Assembly (NCBI GenBank): GCA_963826715.1
Contig: CAWGYA010000005.1
Span: forward strand, 32,001-96,000
Direction of reading: 5' to 3'
DNA length: 64,000 bases
Source of the DNA: Candidatus Bathyarchaeota archaeon
Lineage (GTDB): Archaea > Thermoproteota > Bathyarchaeia > Bathyarchaeales > Bathycorpusculaceae
The stretch's first letter is position 1. Every line of letters starts with the position of its first letter. Below, piece after piece: positions 30,861-41,860 of the stretch. The notes under the pieces are model-generated. The model did not search any database and was not told the origin of the DNA. It worked only from the letters and a program-made list of their open reading frames with translations. Both the position numbers and the translations under genes were made by a program.

Positions 30861-31110
30861 AATGTTTTAAGGTCAAACAGGGCATGAAGGTTGTCTTTTT
30901 TAGCCAACTCTAATTTAAAATAAGATCCTAAAAAAATGATATTTAAAGTATTAGACAACTGTTTGAACCTCAGATAAATCTTAATTAGTTAATAATGCAG
31001 AAGGCAAGCGGCAGATGCGATTTGAAAACAACATATTATCAATGGTTTTTCAATGTTCTTACCTATGGGTGGTATAAAAAATAGCTGTAAATGTAAATTG
31101 CCGTTTAAGT

Positions 31111-32331
31111 GTGTGTTTGGTAACTTTTCACGATTTTCCCGAGGGACAAAAAGGGGGGGAAGAACGTTTTCTCGAAACTTTTTGCACCTTTTTAACGGAA
31201 AAAAAAGTGACGGTAACGGTTGTGTCATCAGCTTCCAAGCGTTCTGGGCAAATATTTGGAGTCGGGATTAGACGATTTAGAGTTCCGTTGCTAGGCCTTA
31301 CACCCTATCTTCTTTTCTTTTCCTTTATGTCAGTACTAAAAATAGTCAAATTGAATAAGGAATACGTTTTTTCTTTAATTCATTCAACAGATACAGGGTA
31401 CGGTGGTCTTGCAGGACTCGCTGCCAGCAAAATTCTAAATTTACCTTTCGTGGTGCACTCTCATTGTTCAAGATCTAAGCTTCTGAAAGCGACAATTCTG
31501 TTGCACCCAGGTCACGAGAAACTCGTCGCTTCGATATATCAGAATTTTGAAGCAACGATAGACAAATTAGTGACGCGTAATGCGAATAAAATTATTACCG
31601 TTAACAATGAAATAAAGGAATATGTAAATTCTTTGGGTGTGATTAATGATAAAATAATTGTAATTCCTATGGGTATAGATTCAACGAATTTCTGTCCGGA
31701 ATGTAATTCTAGGGATGAAGTCTTTAAAGAATTTCGTATTCCTAACAACGCATTTGTTGTTGGTTTTGTTGGTAGCTTGATAAGAGCAAAAGGTGTTTTT
31801 TCTTTAGTCCAAGCTTTTTCCTTATTCAAAAATTGCAGTAATGATTCTTATCTTTTGTTAGTAGGAGACGGGGAAAATATTGCAGAATTAAAAGATTTCA
31901 TAACTATAAAAAAGATAGACTCTATAATTTTAACTGGATATAGAAAAGATATTGCTAAGTTGTTGGCTGCGATGAATATATTCGTTTTTTTGTCGATTTC
32001 GGAAGGTTGTCCCTTTTCTTTACTGGAAGCGATGGCTGCTGGAAAGCCGATAATCGCAAGCAATATTCCCAGTATAAGAGAATTAGTTCAAAATGGAAAA
32101 GAAGGATTGCTTGTTGATCCTAAAAATAATGGCGCTGTTGCTGACTTACTTTCAAAACTTTACTCCGACAAAAACCTTAGGGGTGAGATCGGTATGAATG
32201 CAATCAAGAAAGCGCACTTATTCCAAAGGGAGAAAGGTTTTGAAAAAATACTGAGCATATATCCCGGTAATATTCAATCTAGTTCTTCTCATGAGAAACC
32301 GCTTTATGTAAATAATAAGGCCAATACGTAA
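31111..32331 (+). CDS. GT4 glycosyltransferase
   Basis: GGEER, GFVGSLIRAKG, SEGCPFSLLEAMAAGKPII. Confidence 0.92.
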   Translation: MCLVTFHDFPEGQKGGEERFLETFCTFLTEKKVTVTVVSSASKRSGQIFGVGIRRFRVPLLGLTPYLLFFSFMSVLKIVKLNKEYVFSLIHSTDTGYGGLAGLAASKILNLPFVVHSHCSRSKLLKATILLHPGHEKLVASIYQNFEATIDKLVTRNANKIITVNNEIKEYVNSLGVINDKIIVIPMGIDSTNFCPECNSRDEVFKEFRIPNNAFVVGFVGSLIRAKGVFSLVQAFSLFKNCSNDSYLLLVGDGENIAELKDFITIKKIDSIILTGYRKDIAKLLAAMNIFVFLSISEGCPFSLLEAMAAGKPIIASNIPSIRELVQNGKEGLLVDPKNNGAVADLLSKLYSDKNLRGEIGMNAIKKAHLFQREKGFEKILSIYPGNIQSSSSHEKPLYVNNKANT

Positions 32332-32480
32332 ATCAGGAAATTTTTTAACGATATATTAGCATGAACTGTTGATAGATATGATAAATTCATTTATTTGGTT
32401 AAAAGGTTTAATAACAAAAAAATCTTTCTCAAGAGCATCTACAATTAGCTATCGCAATTTAGGAAAGGTAGAATGAAGTT

Positions 32481-33056
32481 ATGAAGAATAGCTTTTCGAA
32501 ACTTTTTTTCCTGTTTTTATTTTATTCCTTCGCCAGATATCTTCCGGTCTCTTATAAACCTGGGGGATCACTGGGGAAAAAAATTCGGTATATTTGTGGT
32601 AAAAATCTATTCAGCAAGTGTGGTAAAGACGTAAATATAGAAAGAGGAGTGGACTTCAAAAAAGGGGGAAAGATCGAAATTGGCGATCGCTCCGGAATTG
32701 GAATCAATTCTACTGTGGAAATAACATCTATAGGTAACGATGTGATGATGGGACAAGATGTTATTATAATTTCCCAAAACCACATTTTTTCGGACACAAC
32801 AAAGCCAATGCGTTATCAAGGTCTTGAAGAGCCTCGGCGAGTCATAATTGAAGATGATGTATGGATTGGGGCGAGAACAATAATATTGCCCGGCGTCAGA
32901 ATTGGAACGGGCGCAATAGTTGGCGCAGGGTCTGTCGTCACTCGAGATGTGCCTGCGTTTGCAATAGTTGGCGGTAATCCTGCACGGGTCATAAAATACC
33001 GTAAGATATTAGAAATTAACTCTAAGTTGGATGAAAAAACCAAAGTGGTAATATGA
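32481..33056 (+). CDS. Hexapeptide-repeat O-acetyltransferase
   Basis: IEDDVWIG...[31 protein letters not shown]. Confidence 0.93.
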   Translation: MKNSFSKLFFLFLFYSFARYLPVSYKPGGSLGKKIRYICGKNLFSKCGKDVNIERGVDFKKGGKIEIGDRSGIGINSTVEITSIGNDVMMGQDVIIISQNHIFSDTTKPMRYQGLEEPRRVIIEDDVWIGARTIILPGVRIGTGAIVGAGSVVTRDVPAFAIVGGNPARVIKYRKILEINSKLDEKTKVVI

Positions 33057-33550
33057 GCAACCAACTAATTAATCTAGTTTTTTGCGATTCTATAAGACAA
33101 ACAAGCTAAAGAGCGGACTTTTTAGCCATTCATAAAGAATTCCATAAAATACAGCCAAAGTAAATTATGCTGAGATTGCTTATATAGGAATCGAGATTGT
33201 GTTAGCTGGCGTGTAATTCTAAGAAACTGCCCTTAATTTCTTTCATCGGGAGTACAAATCTTTAATGGCGGAAAAGAAAAGAGAATTGTCTTATCCGTAA
33301 GAATCTCCGGAGAAGGGATTAAAACAGTTACGAATTTTAGCGTAAACCAAAGGGCTGATTTTGAAAAACCTTCAAGCGACGACTTTATATTATCTTGCTT
33401 GTTCAAATTCTTATTCTAGATTTCATCTATTACTCCTAGTATTGTTCATTGAAACTCTCCTATCTGCAAATACAATCATCTTACTAAAATCATTGACTGA
33501 ATGCTGAAAAAAATTTGGCAAGAACACAATATTTGAAACAAATATGAAGC
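33053..33550 (+). pseudogene. Decayed GT4 glycosyltransferase
   Basis: Fragments RIVLSVR/SPEKGLKQL and TPSIVH*NSP across frames with stops. Confidence 0.55.
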
Positions 33551-33701
33551 TCTCTTTTTTATCTTTTATGATGTCAAAACATCTTTCAAACGACAGTCAG
33601 GACCAGACCCCCAAAACATAGCGAATAATTTGTATTTCATTCAAGTATCTGGTCCTCAAAAGTTTGGGTCTAACAACTTATAGAAATATTCGGTGCTTAC
33701 T

Positions 33702-34907
33702 ATGAGAATATTGGTGTGTGTTTCAATCTTCAAACTTCCAATCGCTGATGGCGCATCTTTGCGAGTTTTTAATATTTTCTCAAATATGCAAAAGGATCAA
33801 GAGATATTTCTTTGTTTTTTACCACCGAATTCCCGAGATATAGGAAATATTCAAAGGATAAGCAAAATTGGAATTTTTAAAAAGATATATTGTTTATCCC
33901 AAGAGGAAAATAATACTCACCATTTTTATTCTTTTTTTCTCAAAACTCTTTTTGGCAATGACCTTCTAGATCGAACTAATCCAATTGAAAGAGCTGTGTT
34001 GCAAATAATTTGCAAAGAAAAAATTGATGTCTTGCACGTTATCGACTCCCATTCTGGCATTCAATTGGCAAATATCGATTTTTCTTCTAAATTTTTAGAT
34101 TTGATTGATTCGCCCAGCTTATATGCTCATAGAATGTTAAATTTTAAGAGATTTTCTAAAAATTTTTTTAGGAACTCTATAGAATTCTTTGCTGCTAAAA
34201 AAAACGAAAAATATCTTGTTAAAAAATACAAAATGATTACCCTAGTGTCTCCAGTCGACAAAAATTATATGAGAAAACTTTATGGTAATATTCAAGTTCA
34301 GCTTATTCCAAATGGTACTAATATCAGCGAAAAAACATTCGAGGTGATTAACGAAAATCCTGTATTGATGTTTTCAGGAAACATGGGATATTATCCAAAC
34401 ATAGAGGCAGTTCAATTTATTGTTAATAACGTTTTACCCTTAATTAAGCAAACTTTCCCTAAAGTTTTATTCTATATTGTCGGAATCAATCCATCAAAAG
34501 AGGTTAAGAAACTTGGACGCAAAGGTAATGTTATTTTGACAGGTTTTGTTGATGATATGTCATTATATCTCTCAAAAGCAACTGTAATATTAGAGCCCAT
34601 TCGATTAGGTAGTGGTCAGCAAAATAAAATTTTAGAAGCTTTGGCATCAGGAAAGCCGGTAGTTACCACAAAAAATGTGGCTGATTCTTTTAGCCGAAAT
34701 GTGAAGGATTGTCTCATTATAGGTGAAGGAGCAAATGATATTGCCCAAAAAACTATAAAGCTTATTAAAGATCGAACATTACGAGAAGAACTCGGCAAAA
34801 AGGGAAAAGAAGCCATTCAAACATATTCATGGTCGAACACTGCAAATTTATACTCAAGTCTATACAATAAATTAATCGAAAAAACGTCTGAAAAGAAAGC
34901 TACCTAA
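33702..34907 (+). CDS. GT4 glycosyltransferase
   Basis: FSGNMGYYPNIEA, GSGQQNKILEALASGKPVVTT, YSW. Confidence 0.92.
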   Translation: MRILVCVSIFKLPIADGASLRVFNIFSNMQKDQEIFLCFLPPNSRDIGNIQRISKIGIFKKIYCLSQEENNTHHFYSFFLKTLFGNDLLDRTNPIERAVLQIICKEKIDVLHVIDSHSGIQLANIDFSSKFLDLIDSPSLYAHRMLNFKRFSKNFFRNSIEFFAAKKNEKYLVKKYKMITLVSPVDKNYMRKLYGNIQVQLIPNGTNISEKTFEVINENPVLMFSGNMGYYPNIEAVQFIVNNVLPLIKQTFPKVLFYIVGINPSKEVKKLGRKGNVILTGFVDDMSLYLSKATVILEPIRLGSGQQNKILEALASGKPVVTTKNVADSFSRNVKDCLIIGEGANDIAQKTIKLIKDRTLREELGKKGKEAIQTYSWSNTANLYSSLYNKLIEKTSEKKAT

Positions 34908-34933
34908 TTCTTAACAATAATCATTGCTGCGTA

Positions 34934-37129
34934 ATGGTCAAGGTTGAAGCTTACATGAGAAGAATCGATCTGGTAATTCCATTAGTTACTCTCTTTACTA
35001 ATATTCTAATTTTTATTGATGCCCCCTTTCTTAGGTTCATCGTTGCTTTTGCATTTTTATTTTTTATTCCAGGTTATGCGATAGTTAGATTGCTAAAAAC
35101 AAAATTCGGTTTTTTAGAAATTGTCATTTTCTCGATAGGTCTAAGCTTAATAGCCGTGATGTTCGTAGGCTTGATAGTTAATTGGATTTCTTTTTCGTTA
35201 GGCTTCATGAAACCTCTATCACCTCTACCATTAATGGCTGCTTTATCGGCTTTTACATTAGTCATATATTTCATAAGAATTAAGAATAACTTATCAGTAT
35301 TTGACTGGAAAAGAGACTTTGACTTTCATGAAATTAGAAGTGTTTTACCTTTTCTTCCATTTATTATCTTTCTCCCTTTACTTAGTGCATTAAGTGTAGT
35401 TTTTTTTAATGTTCCCTTAATTCTAATTAGTTATTTGTTGATAGCCATTTTATGCATATTGGTTGTTGCAAGAAGGCGGACTATTTCTAATACAATTTTT
35501 CCTTTGCTAATTTTTTCGATTTCAATATCTCTGGCTTGTCAAGCTATTTTGACTTCTCGATACCTGATTGGTTGGGATGTGAACCTTGAATATTATGTTT
35601 ATAGTTTGACCTTGCAAAATGGTCATTGGGGATTGATTGACTCAACATTCAATTCGTTCACTGCTTTGAATTACAACTCGATGCTTTCTATAACGCTGTT
35701 GCCAACAGTTTATTCAGTTCTCATGAATGTTCAAGGCGAATTAGTTTTCAAAATGTTGTATCCATTTATCCTGTCAATTTTTCCCTTGATTTTGTATTCG
35801 ATTTACGAAAAGCAATTTGGCAAATTAGCAGGTTTTCTCTCTGTCCTTTTTTTTGTTTTTACAGCTACCTCTTTTTATGGAGCCGAACCTGTAGGCCTTA
35901 ATCGACAAATCATTGGTGGATTTTTTTTAGCACTATCTATTTTTCTTTTATTGAAAAAAAATATTGATATTAACCTGCGTAGGGTTTTGTTAGTAACTCT
36001 TGGAATTGCATTAGCTTTAAGTCATTATTCTCTTGCATACTTGTATTTTGGTATGTTAGTGGTTATTTTCTTGTTTTCCAAAGTAAGACCACGATTTAAC
36101 GATGTCATAGATAGCATAACTCTGTTGTCGCTTTTTGTAACAACCTCTGCTTGGTACACTCTAGTAGACAACTCTTCATTGTTAGCATTGGTCACCACAA
36201 TCAAAGGAGTTTGGGTTCATTTAACAACGGGTATAAGTGCAACCCCAATTTTGGGGGCAACTTCTACCCTCTTTGCCATCAACTCCGTTCATACAACTGC
36301 CACTTGGTTTAACATTATTCTCTCTGGGGTTGTGCCGAATCTCTTTCTATTAATTGGTACGTTAGTGATAATATTCACGGCAAAAGAGGGTGGCTTTTCA
36401 ACTAGGGACAAAGAATTTACCATAATGTCGATAATAGCGGGAACAATACTGCTTGTTTCATTGATCCTTCCGAGCTTTGCAGCCACCCTTAATTTTACTA
36501 GATTTTACGGCATCACCATGATATTGCTGTCTCCTTGCTTCGTCCTTGGTGGCCAAGCTTTTTTAAATATAGTCAAAAAAGGAATTAAAAGAATTGATCG
36601 GCATAGATTTAACAAGATCTTGAAAAGAAAGAATACTGACACGACATTTATTTTGATAACGGTTTTGCTGTGTGGGTATTTTCTCTCACAAGTAGGATTT
36701 ATAAATAGTTTGACGGGTAGCACAATTCACTCGTGGGTTGTTGACTTCAATCGTATGCAAACAACAGATAACCTGAAAGAGAAAATTGGTCTTTATTCTG
36801 GCTATATACCTGGGCAAGATGTTAAAAGTGCAATTTGGTTGTCTAATCATAGATCACCCACCTCACAAGTACTTGCTGACCCACTTTTTGAATCTCATGT
36901 ACTTCTTAGCTATGGGTTGATTCCTAACAACTTATTATTACCCCTAACTAATTCTACGATGCCCCAGCAGGGAAATTTTATTTACTTCGGGACTTTAAAC
37001 GTAGTGAATAATGTAGTTACTACATACGCTGGGGGTTATTTCAATGTCTCAACCCTATCGCCTTTGCTCAATAATTATGACATAGTTTATTCTAATGGTA
37101 ACAGCGAAATATGGTATGTCAACAAATAA
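34934..37129 (+). CDS. DUF2206 family multi-pass membrane protein (GT-C-like)
   Basis: GWDVNLEYY, YNSMLSITLLP, RQII, SHYSLA, NFTRFY, VYSNG. Confidence 0.85.
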   Translation: MVKVEAYMRRIDLVIPLVTLFTNILIFIDAPFLRFIVAFAFLFFIPGYAIVRLLKTKFGFLEIVIFSIGLSLIAVMFVGLIVNWISFSLGFMKPLSPLPLMAALSAFTLVIYFIRIKNNLSVFDWKRDFDFHEIRSVLPFLPFIIFLPLLSALSVVFFNVPLILISYLLIAILCILVVARRRTISNTIFPLLIFSISISLACQAILTSRYLIGWDVNLEYYVYSLTLQNGHWGLIDSTFNSFTALNYNSMLSITLLPTVYSVLMNVQGELVFKMLYPFILSIFPLILYSIYEKQFGKLAGFLSVLFFVFTATSFYGAEPVGLNRQIIGGFFLALSIFLLLKKNIDINLRRVLLVTLGIALALSHYSLAYLYFGMLVVIFLFSKVRPRFNDVIDSITLLSLFVTTSAWYTLVDNSSLLALVTTIKGVWVHLTTGISATPILGATSTLFAINSVHTTATWFNIILSGVVPNLFLLIGTLVIIFTAKEGGFSTRDKEFTIMSIIAGTILLVSLILPSFAATLNFTRFYGITMILLSPCFVLGGQAFLNIVKKGIKRIDRHRFNKILKRKNTDTTFILITVLLCGYFLSQVGFINSLTGSTIHSWVVDFNRMQTTDNLKEKIGLYSGYIPGQDVKSAIWLSNHRSPTSQVLADPLFESHVLLSYGLIPNNLLLPLTNSTMPQQGNFIYFGTLNVVNNVVTTYAGGYFNVSTLSPLLNNYDIVYSNGNSEIWYVNK

Positions 37130-37166
37130 ATTCGCTTAATTACAATAATACTATACCTGACCATAT

Positions 37167-38381
37167 TCAGTCCATGATTGTGAAATTTCCCAGATTATAA
37201 TAAGCGCCATCTATAACATTAACGTTATTTGATTGAATTTTGTTTAGAAAAGCTCCTTGAGCAACAAGAAAACCCATAGATGTTTCAGAATTGCTGTTTA
37301 TGATATTGTTTGTTAAGTTATTATGATCTCCGTAAACTTGAACGGCAAAAGTCCAAGAACCATTCCAAGGAAAGTCATAAATTTGGTTACTAGATACCGT
37401 ATTATTTGAGGTAACCACTATTATGCCGGCATCACTAAATGAATAAATGTTGTTAAACTCAAGAATATTTTTGTCCCCTACAGCAGAACAAATTCCAATT
37501 TTTAGACGAGTAATATTATTGTTAATTATCATAGCATTACCATTGCCCTCTACTGCGATTCCCCAGCTTGCATTTCCTCCTCCACCAGTTGTACCGTTAA
37601 GATCATGAACATAATTGCCCCTTATCACAGCATTTGCGTATGTGCTTATTCCTACGTCACTGCTATAAGCAACTTCATTATTAATTGCATAGAAGTAATT
37701 TTCGTTGCTACTATAACCACCTAAAGTTATGCCGTTCCAGCCGTTGTTAAATAGCTTGCAATTTTCAATGCCTACGTTATCACTTCCCCATGAAGCGGCT
37801 AAAAAACCAAATTGAGCGCAATTATAGATACAACCACCATAAACGTAGGAGTTTTTGCATGATTCAAAGTAAACGCCTTCATTATAGTTTGGCATCGCTT
37901 GATTTATTGCGTTTCCGTCTATTGTTGGATTAAGGATTTTGCAATTGTTGCAATCATAAAAATGAATTGCGGGAGAATTCATTTGGTTTGTTATAAATAA
38001 AATTGCATCGTTCTCAAAATAAAAAGTAATATCGTTTTTGGTTTCAAGATAAATAGTTCCATTAAGACGATATAGTCCCGCCTTGAATAAAATGCTTTGC
38101 CCATCAACTAAATTGCTAATTGCATAATTAATTGCTTCACTCGCATTTTTGCTTTGACATATTATTTTCTCTTCCAAGGTCTCCGTAATTTGGGTATTAG
38201 AATCTGAAATATTAACTTCGTAAGTATATTTCTCGGTTGCAGTTTGAGCGATAAGGCCAAATGTTTGAATCTCCTTAATTGCTCGTGTTTTTCCAATCAC
38301 AACAGTTGAGTTGATTAGGCTTGAAGATAACATAAGCAGCGTAAGGAGCATCGTTATGCTGAGTAACTTTGTTCTTGTCAT
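37167..38381 (-). CDS. Secreted right-handed parallel beta-helix protein (pectin lyase-like)
   Basis: Signal peptide, AINYAI...ILFKAGLY, IDGNAINQ, Asn-ladder repeats. Confidence 0.85.
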   Translation of the reverse strand: MTRTKLLSITMLLTLLMLSSSLINSTVVIGKTRAIKEIQTFGLIAQTATEKYTYEVNISDSNTQITETLEEKIICQSKNASEAINYAISNLVDGQSILFKAGLYRLNGTIYLETKNDITFYFENDAILFITNQMNSPAIHFYDCNNCKILNPTIDGNAINQAMPNYNEGVYFESCKNSYVYGGCIYNCAQFGFLAASWGSDNVGIENCKLFNNGWNGITLGGYSSNENYFYAINNEVAYSSDVGISTYANAVIRGNYVHDLNGTTGGGGNASWGIAVEGNGNAMIINNNITRLKIGICSAVGDKNILEFNNIYSFSDAGIIVVTSNNTVSSNQIYDFPWNGSWTFAVQVYGDHNNLTNNIINSNSETSMGFLVAQGAFLNKIQSNNVNVIDGAYYNLGNFTIMD

Positions 38382-38561
38382 GTTCCAAGCACTTATCTTA
38401 TATAGTATGTATTGAGAATTACTTTATATTTGTTGTTGATCCGAAATAACTGAATGCTTAGCAAATTAGCCGAAGTGAAATCCTTATAATGCGTAGCACT
38501 TTGATTCCAAGTTAAAGATAGAATTAATTATTTACTCCTCTAAAGTAACAAAGGGAATAAT

Positions 38562-38789
38562 ATGATAATGACTCTACCGCCCACTTCTTTCATTGATGTA
38601 AGCTCGTTGCTCGCCATTATGGCCATATTTCTTTTTATTTTGTTAGCTATCAGTACTATTTTCAAGCCCAGTAATTTTGTGATCAATTTGAGAAAGCTAA
38701 AAAATGCTGCAATAATAGTTGGAATATTATTTTTAATAACTGTGATAATACAAATATTAACTTGGCTAGCTTTCGAATCCATCAATTAA
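38562..38789 (+). CDS. Small two-TM membrane protein
   Basis: LLAIMAIFLFILL...LKNAAIIVGILFL. Confidence 0.6.
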   Translation: MIMTLPPTSFIDVSSLLAIMAIFLFILLAISTIFKPSNFVINLRKLKNAAIIVGILFLITVIIQILTWLAFESIN

Positions 38790-39137
38790 CAAGACCTTGA
38801 CAAGCGTCGAGCGCCTAGCTATCTTAAGCGCACAAGAGTCAATAATCCAAACATAGCAACGCGTTGGTCCCCAGTTTACACAATGACCATAACCTTGGAA
38901 TAGTTGGAAACCTTTAAACAGCCTACTTAATTTCCTTAAGCAAATAACTTAATACTCTGGTCCCAAAAAAGCTGTAGGTAGTTATTTCCAACTGGTCGTT
39001 GGAGCATATAAAGAAAAATTGTCTTGATTGCTAACTTTTCACCTTAAACTCTCCAAACGCCATCACTGTTAGCTAAAGTCTACAAAATTCAAATAGATTA
39101 GAATAGTTCCACATTAATCCTAAAGAAGGGTACTTCA

Positions 39138-39917
39138 ATGAAAAAAAAATCTCCTAATTTAAATATTATCAAGGCGTCAACGCTTTTAATGCTATCATTT
39201 GGCGTTATAATAGTTGTCATTTCTATGCTTTACATTTCATCTGTTTTGGCCATTTCGGGCGTTGCGTTAGTTTTCTGGGGTATTATACTTCTATATTTTA
39301 CGCCCATTAAACATGTGCCCCTCACTTTGTTAAATGCTGTAGCCTTTTCAGCTAATTCCAATATCGAAAGAGCGCTTGCTGAGGCAAATTTTTCTTCGAA
39401 GGGAAGATACCTGCCCCCAGCTCAGTTAAGGGATCTTGAATCTAGCCTATTAGTAATCCCAAAATATCCCGAACAAGATCTGCCGACGCTAGGAGAACTC
39501 GCAGGGCAAAAAATCTTCACAGAAAGCGACAACTTTCTATTGCTCACGCCACCAGGATTTGGACTATCTATACTCTTTGAGAAGGAAGCAGGTACCTCGT
39601 TTACTAAGGCAGACTTGGACTTCGTTCAGCGAAAGCTCCCAGAGATACTAGTTGAAGATATGGCGTTAGCTCAGACGGCTGATTTAAAAGTGCGAAATAA
39701 CACCATGACGCTAGAGCTTAAAGGAAGTGTTTTGCAAGCTATTTGTAATGAGGCAAGGACTTTATTAAGAACCCACACCCAGGTTGGTTGTCTACTTAGT
39801 AGTGCGGTGGCTTGTGTTTTGGCTAAATCGTCGGGTAAAGTGGTGACTATTGAAAAGGATGAGTTAAGTGAGGATGGGAAGACTACTATAATGGAGTTCA
39901 AGTTGTGGGACACATAA
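39138..39917 (+). CDS. Membrane protein with V4R-like C-terminal domain
   Basis: Two N-terminal TMs, LTPPG.GL, C...GCLLSSAVAC.LAK. Confidence 0.7.
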   Translation: MKKKSPNLNIIKASTLLMLSFGVIIVVISMLYISSVLAISGVALVFWGIILLYFTPIKHVPLTLLNAVAFSANSNIERALAEANFSSKGRYLPPAQLRDLESSLLVIPKYPEQDLPTLGELAGQKIFTESDNFLLLTPPGFGLSILFEKEAGTSFTKADLDFVQRKLPEILVEDMALAQTADLKVRNNTMTLELKGSVLQAICNEARTLLRTHTQVGCLLSSAVACVLAKSSGKVVTIEKDELSEDGKTTIMEFKLWDT

Positions 39918-40176
39918 TAGCACAAAACAGTTGAGTTAACTCATTTTTCTTTTCTGCTTCTATTTTTCCTTTTAATAAAAAAGATGTGCCCCCAAAATTA
40001 ATGCTGACCTTTTTGACTTGTTAGGGGTTGTCGCTGTGAGTTTAGGGTTACTATTTTCTGTATTTGCTCATTTTTTCAGAGTAGTCTATCAAGTGTCCCA
40101 AAGTGACTACGATGAGTTTACGGTTGCTTTTAGGACTTGGTTTTCTATAGTTTATAGTTGAATTTTGTCTCATTGT

Positions 40177-40615
40177 CTATTGTGTACGGGTAAGGGTTAC
40201 ATCGGAGCTAAAAGTTGTGAGACTGCCGGTGTTCACAGCTGTTAGTGTTAGGGTTGCTTGGATTGTTGCTCCTGCGTTTAGGACTGTTTTTGTTGGTTCC
40301 AGGTTAATGTTAGTGAGGAGCTGGCGCCGGTTGGGGTCCAGTTGCTTGGGGTCATTGTTAGTGTTTCTGGTACGTTGCCTGTGTTTTTGACGTAGACTGT
40401 TTGGGTTGCGGTGGGGTTGAGGATTCCAACGTTTAGGCCCGTGACGGTTTGAGTGCAGGCACTGTCGGATATACGCCTAAGTTTACTGCGTTTATTGTTC
40501 CGTTTAAGGGGAACGTTTTGGCTGTTGCTAGGACTGCTGCGGTTGTTACTGTTAGGGCTAGTATGGTTATTGTTAGTGCGATTATTGCTATGCTGGGTAT
40601 TTTCTTGATGTTCAT
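40177..40615 (-). CDS. Secreted TasA-like beta-sandwich protein, one frameshift near 40470
   Basis: Signal peptide + TFPLNGTINAVNLGVY / SDSACTQ...LNP..TQTVYVKNTGNVPETLTM...LTLTWN...ATLTLT...FSSDVTLTRTQ*. Confidence 0.65.
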
Positions 40616-41021
40616 AAGCTGTTCACTTATTTTATGTCATGAGTCGTAAGTAGTAATAAGCATTATGCTTTAGTGATCAATGCCTCCGCAAGTAGTACAC
40701 AAATACAAATCCAAAAAACACAAAGACAAAAACCGCTAGATTAATGGAGCTCAAAAATTCGACTTGATTATTGGCAAGATGTGCCCGTGGATATTTTCTG
40801 CATTATTAGCGGCGTCTCTTTAGACACAACTTTGCCGCCTCTTTATCGTTGCTATTTTTTTCTTCCATCGACGGCACCTCAGATACCCCTATTTTTAAGC
40901 AACTAAAACTTGAGGAATAGCGAAGCTGAGGTTTTTAAAGGCTGCAATTATCTGTGTTTACTATGGCGCGCACAGTCGGATTGATTGGGAAGTTTTAAAT
41001 CCCTCTTCATCCCACATGTAG

Positions 41022-41285
41022 TTGTGGGAAAATGGGTTGGTTGAACAAGTCAACGTAAAAGTAGACTCCAAAGGCCGTATCTGCATTCCAGCTGAAATCC
41101 GCCAAGAAATCGGTGACACTGCCACCCTAAGAAGAACTCCCCAGGGATTTTTATTGCTGCCCGGCAAAAAAGAAGACCCCGTCGAGGAATTGCGAAAAGT
41201 CATCAAATCAAAGCATCGCCGAACAGGCAAACCAGAACACTGGTCGCCTGAACAGATCAAGGCAATCTGGAGCAAATCCGAGTGA
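41022..41285 (+). CDS. AbrB/MazE/SpoVT-type antitoxin (VapB)
   Basis: VKVDSKGRICIPAEIRQEIG. Confidence 0.88.
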   Translation: MWENGLVEQVNVKVDSKGRICIPAEIRQEIGDTATLRRTPQGFLLLPGKKEDPVEELRKVIKSKHRRTGKPEHWSPEQIKAIWSKSE

Positions 41286-41733
41286 TCGTTGGCTTAGATA
41301 CAAACATCATCTGCTACGCCCTAGACGAAGAATACCCAGAAAATAAACAGCTAAACGACATACTCCTTAAGCTATCCACTGAAAACAAAATAGCCATAAA
41401 TCCGACAACTATCCACGAAGCCTATCACGTCTTAGTTTTTGGGCATAAATGGCATCCAGAAGAAGCAGCAAATGCCATAAGACTGCTCTTAAAAAACCCT
41501 ACATAGAATTTTATAATCAAACACGAAAAACCAGCATCATAGCTCTCAACTTATCCGTGCAGTACAAACTCGGAGGAAGAGACTCCCTAATAATAGCCAA
41601 CTTTCTAGCAAACCAAACGCCTACCATGTACACTCACGACAAAGAACTCCTAAAAATACAAAAAATTAACTGGAAAAGCACCAACATAGTCTTCACAGAT
41701 CCCCTATCCCAATCTTCACCTGTTGGGCATTAA
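41282..41733 (+). CDS. PIN-domain toxin (VapC) split by a -1 frameshift at 41491-41497
   Basis: IVGLDTNIICYAL, TIHEAY; continuation in -1 frame with GRDSLIIA, THDKEL. Confidence 0.8.
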
Positions 41734-41860
41734 TCTAGCGCGCTTAACCGCTATCCACCGTGTTTGCTGGCGCACGGTTGCTCAAGCCTCTTCTTAAAAA
41801 GAGAATACAATTAAACTTAATTAGAATAAAATACTAAAGTGTTATTTTAGGTAAAATGAA

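Noticed and set aside
38900-38995. Imperfect inverted repeat AGTTGGAAA...TTTCCAACT
   Set aside because: Short arms, single copy, could arise by chance
40760-40880. Possible HicB-like fragment on the minus strand (KEAAKLCLK)
   Set aside because: Too short and needs several frameshifts
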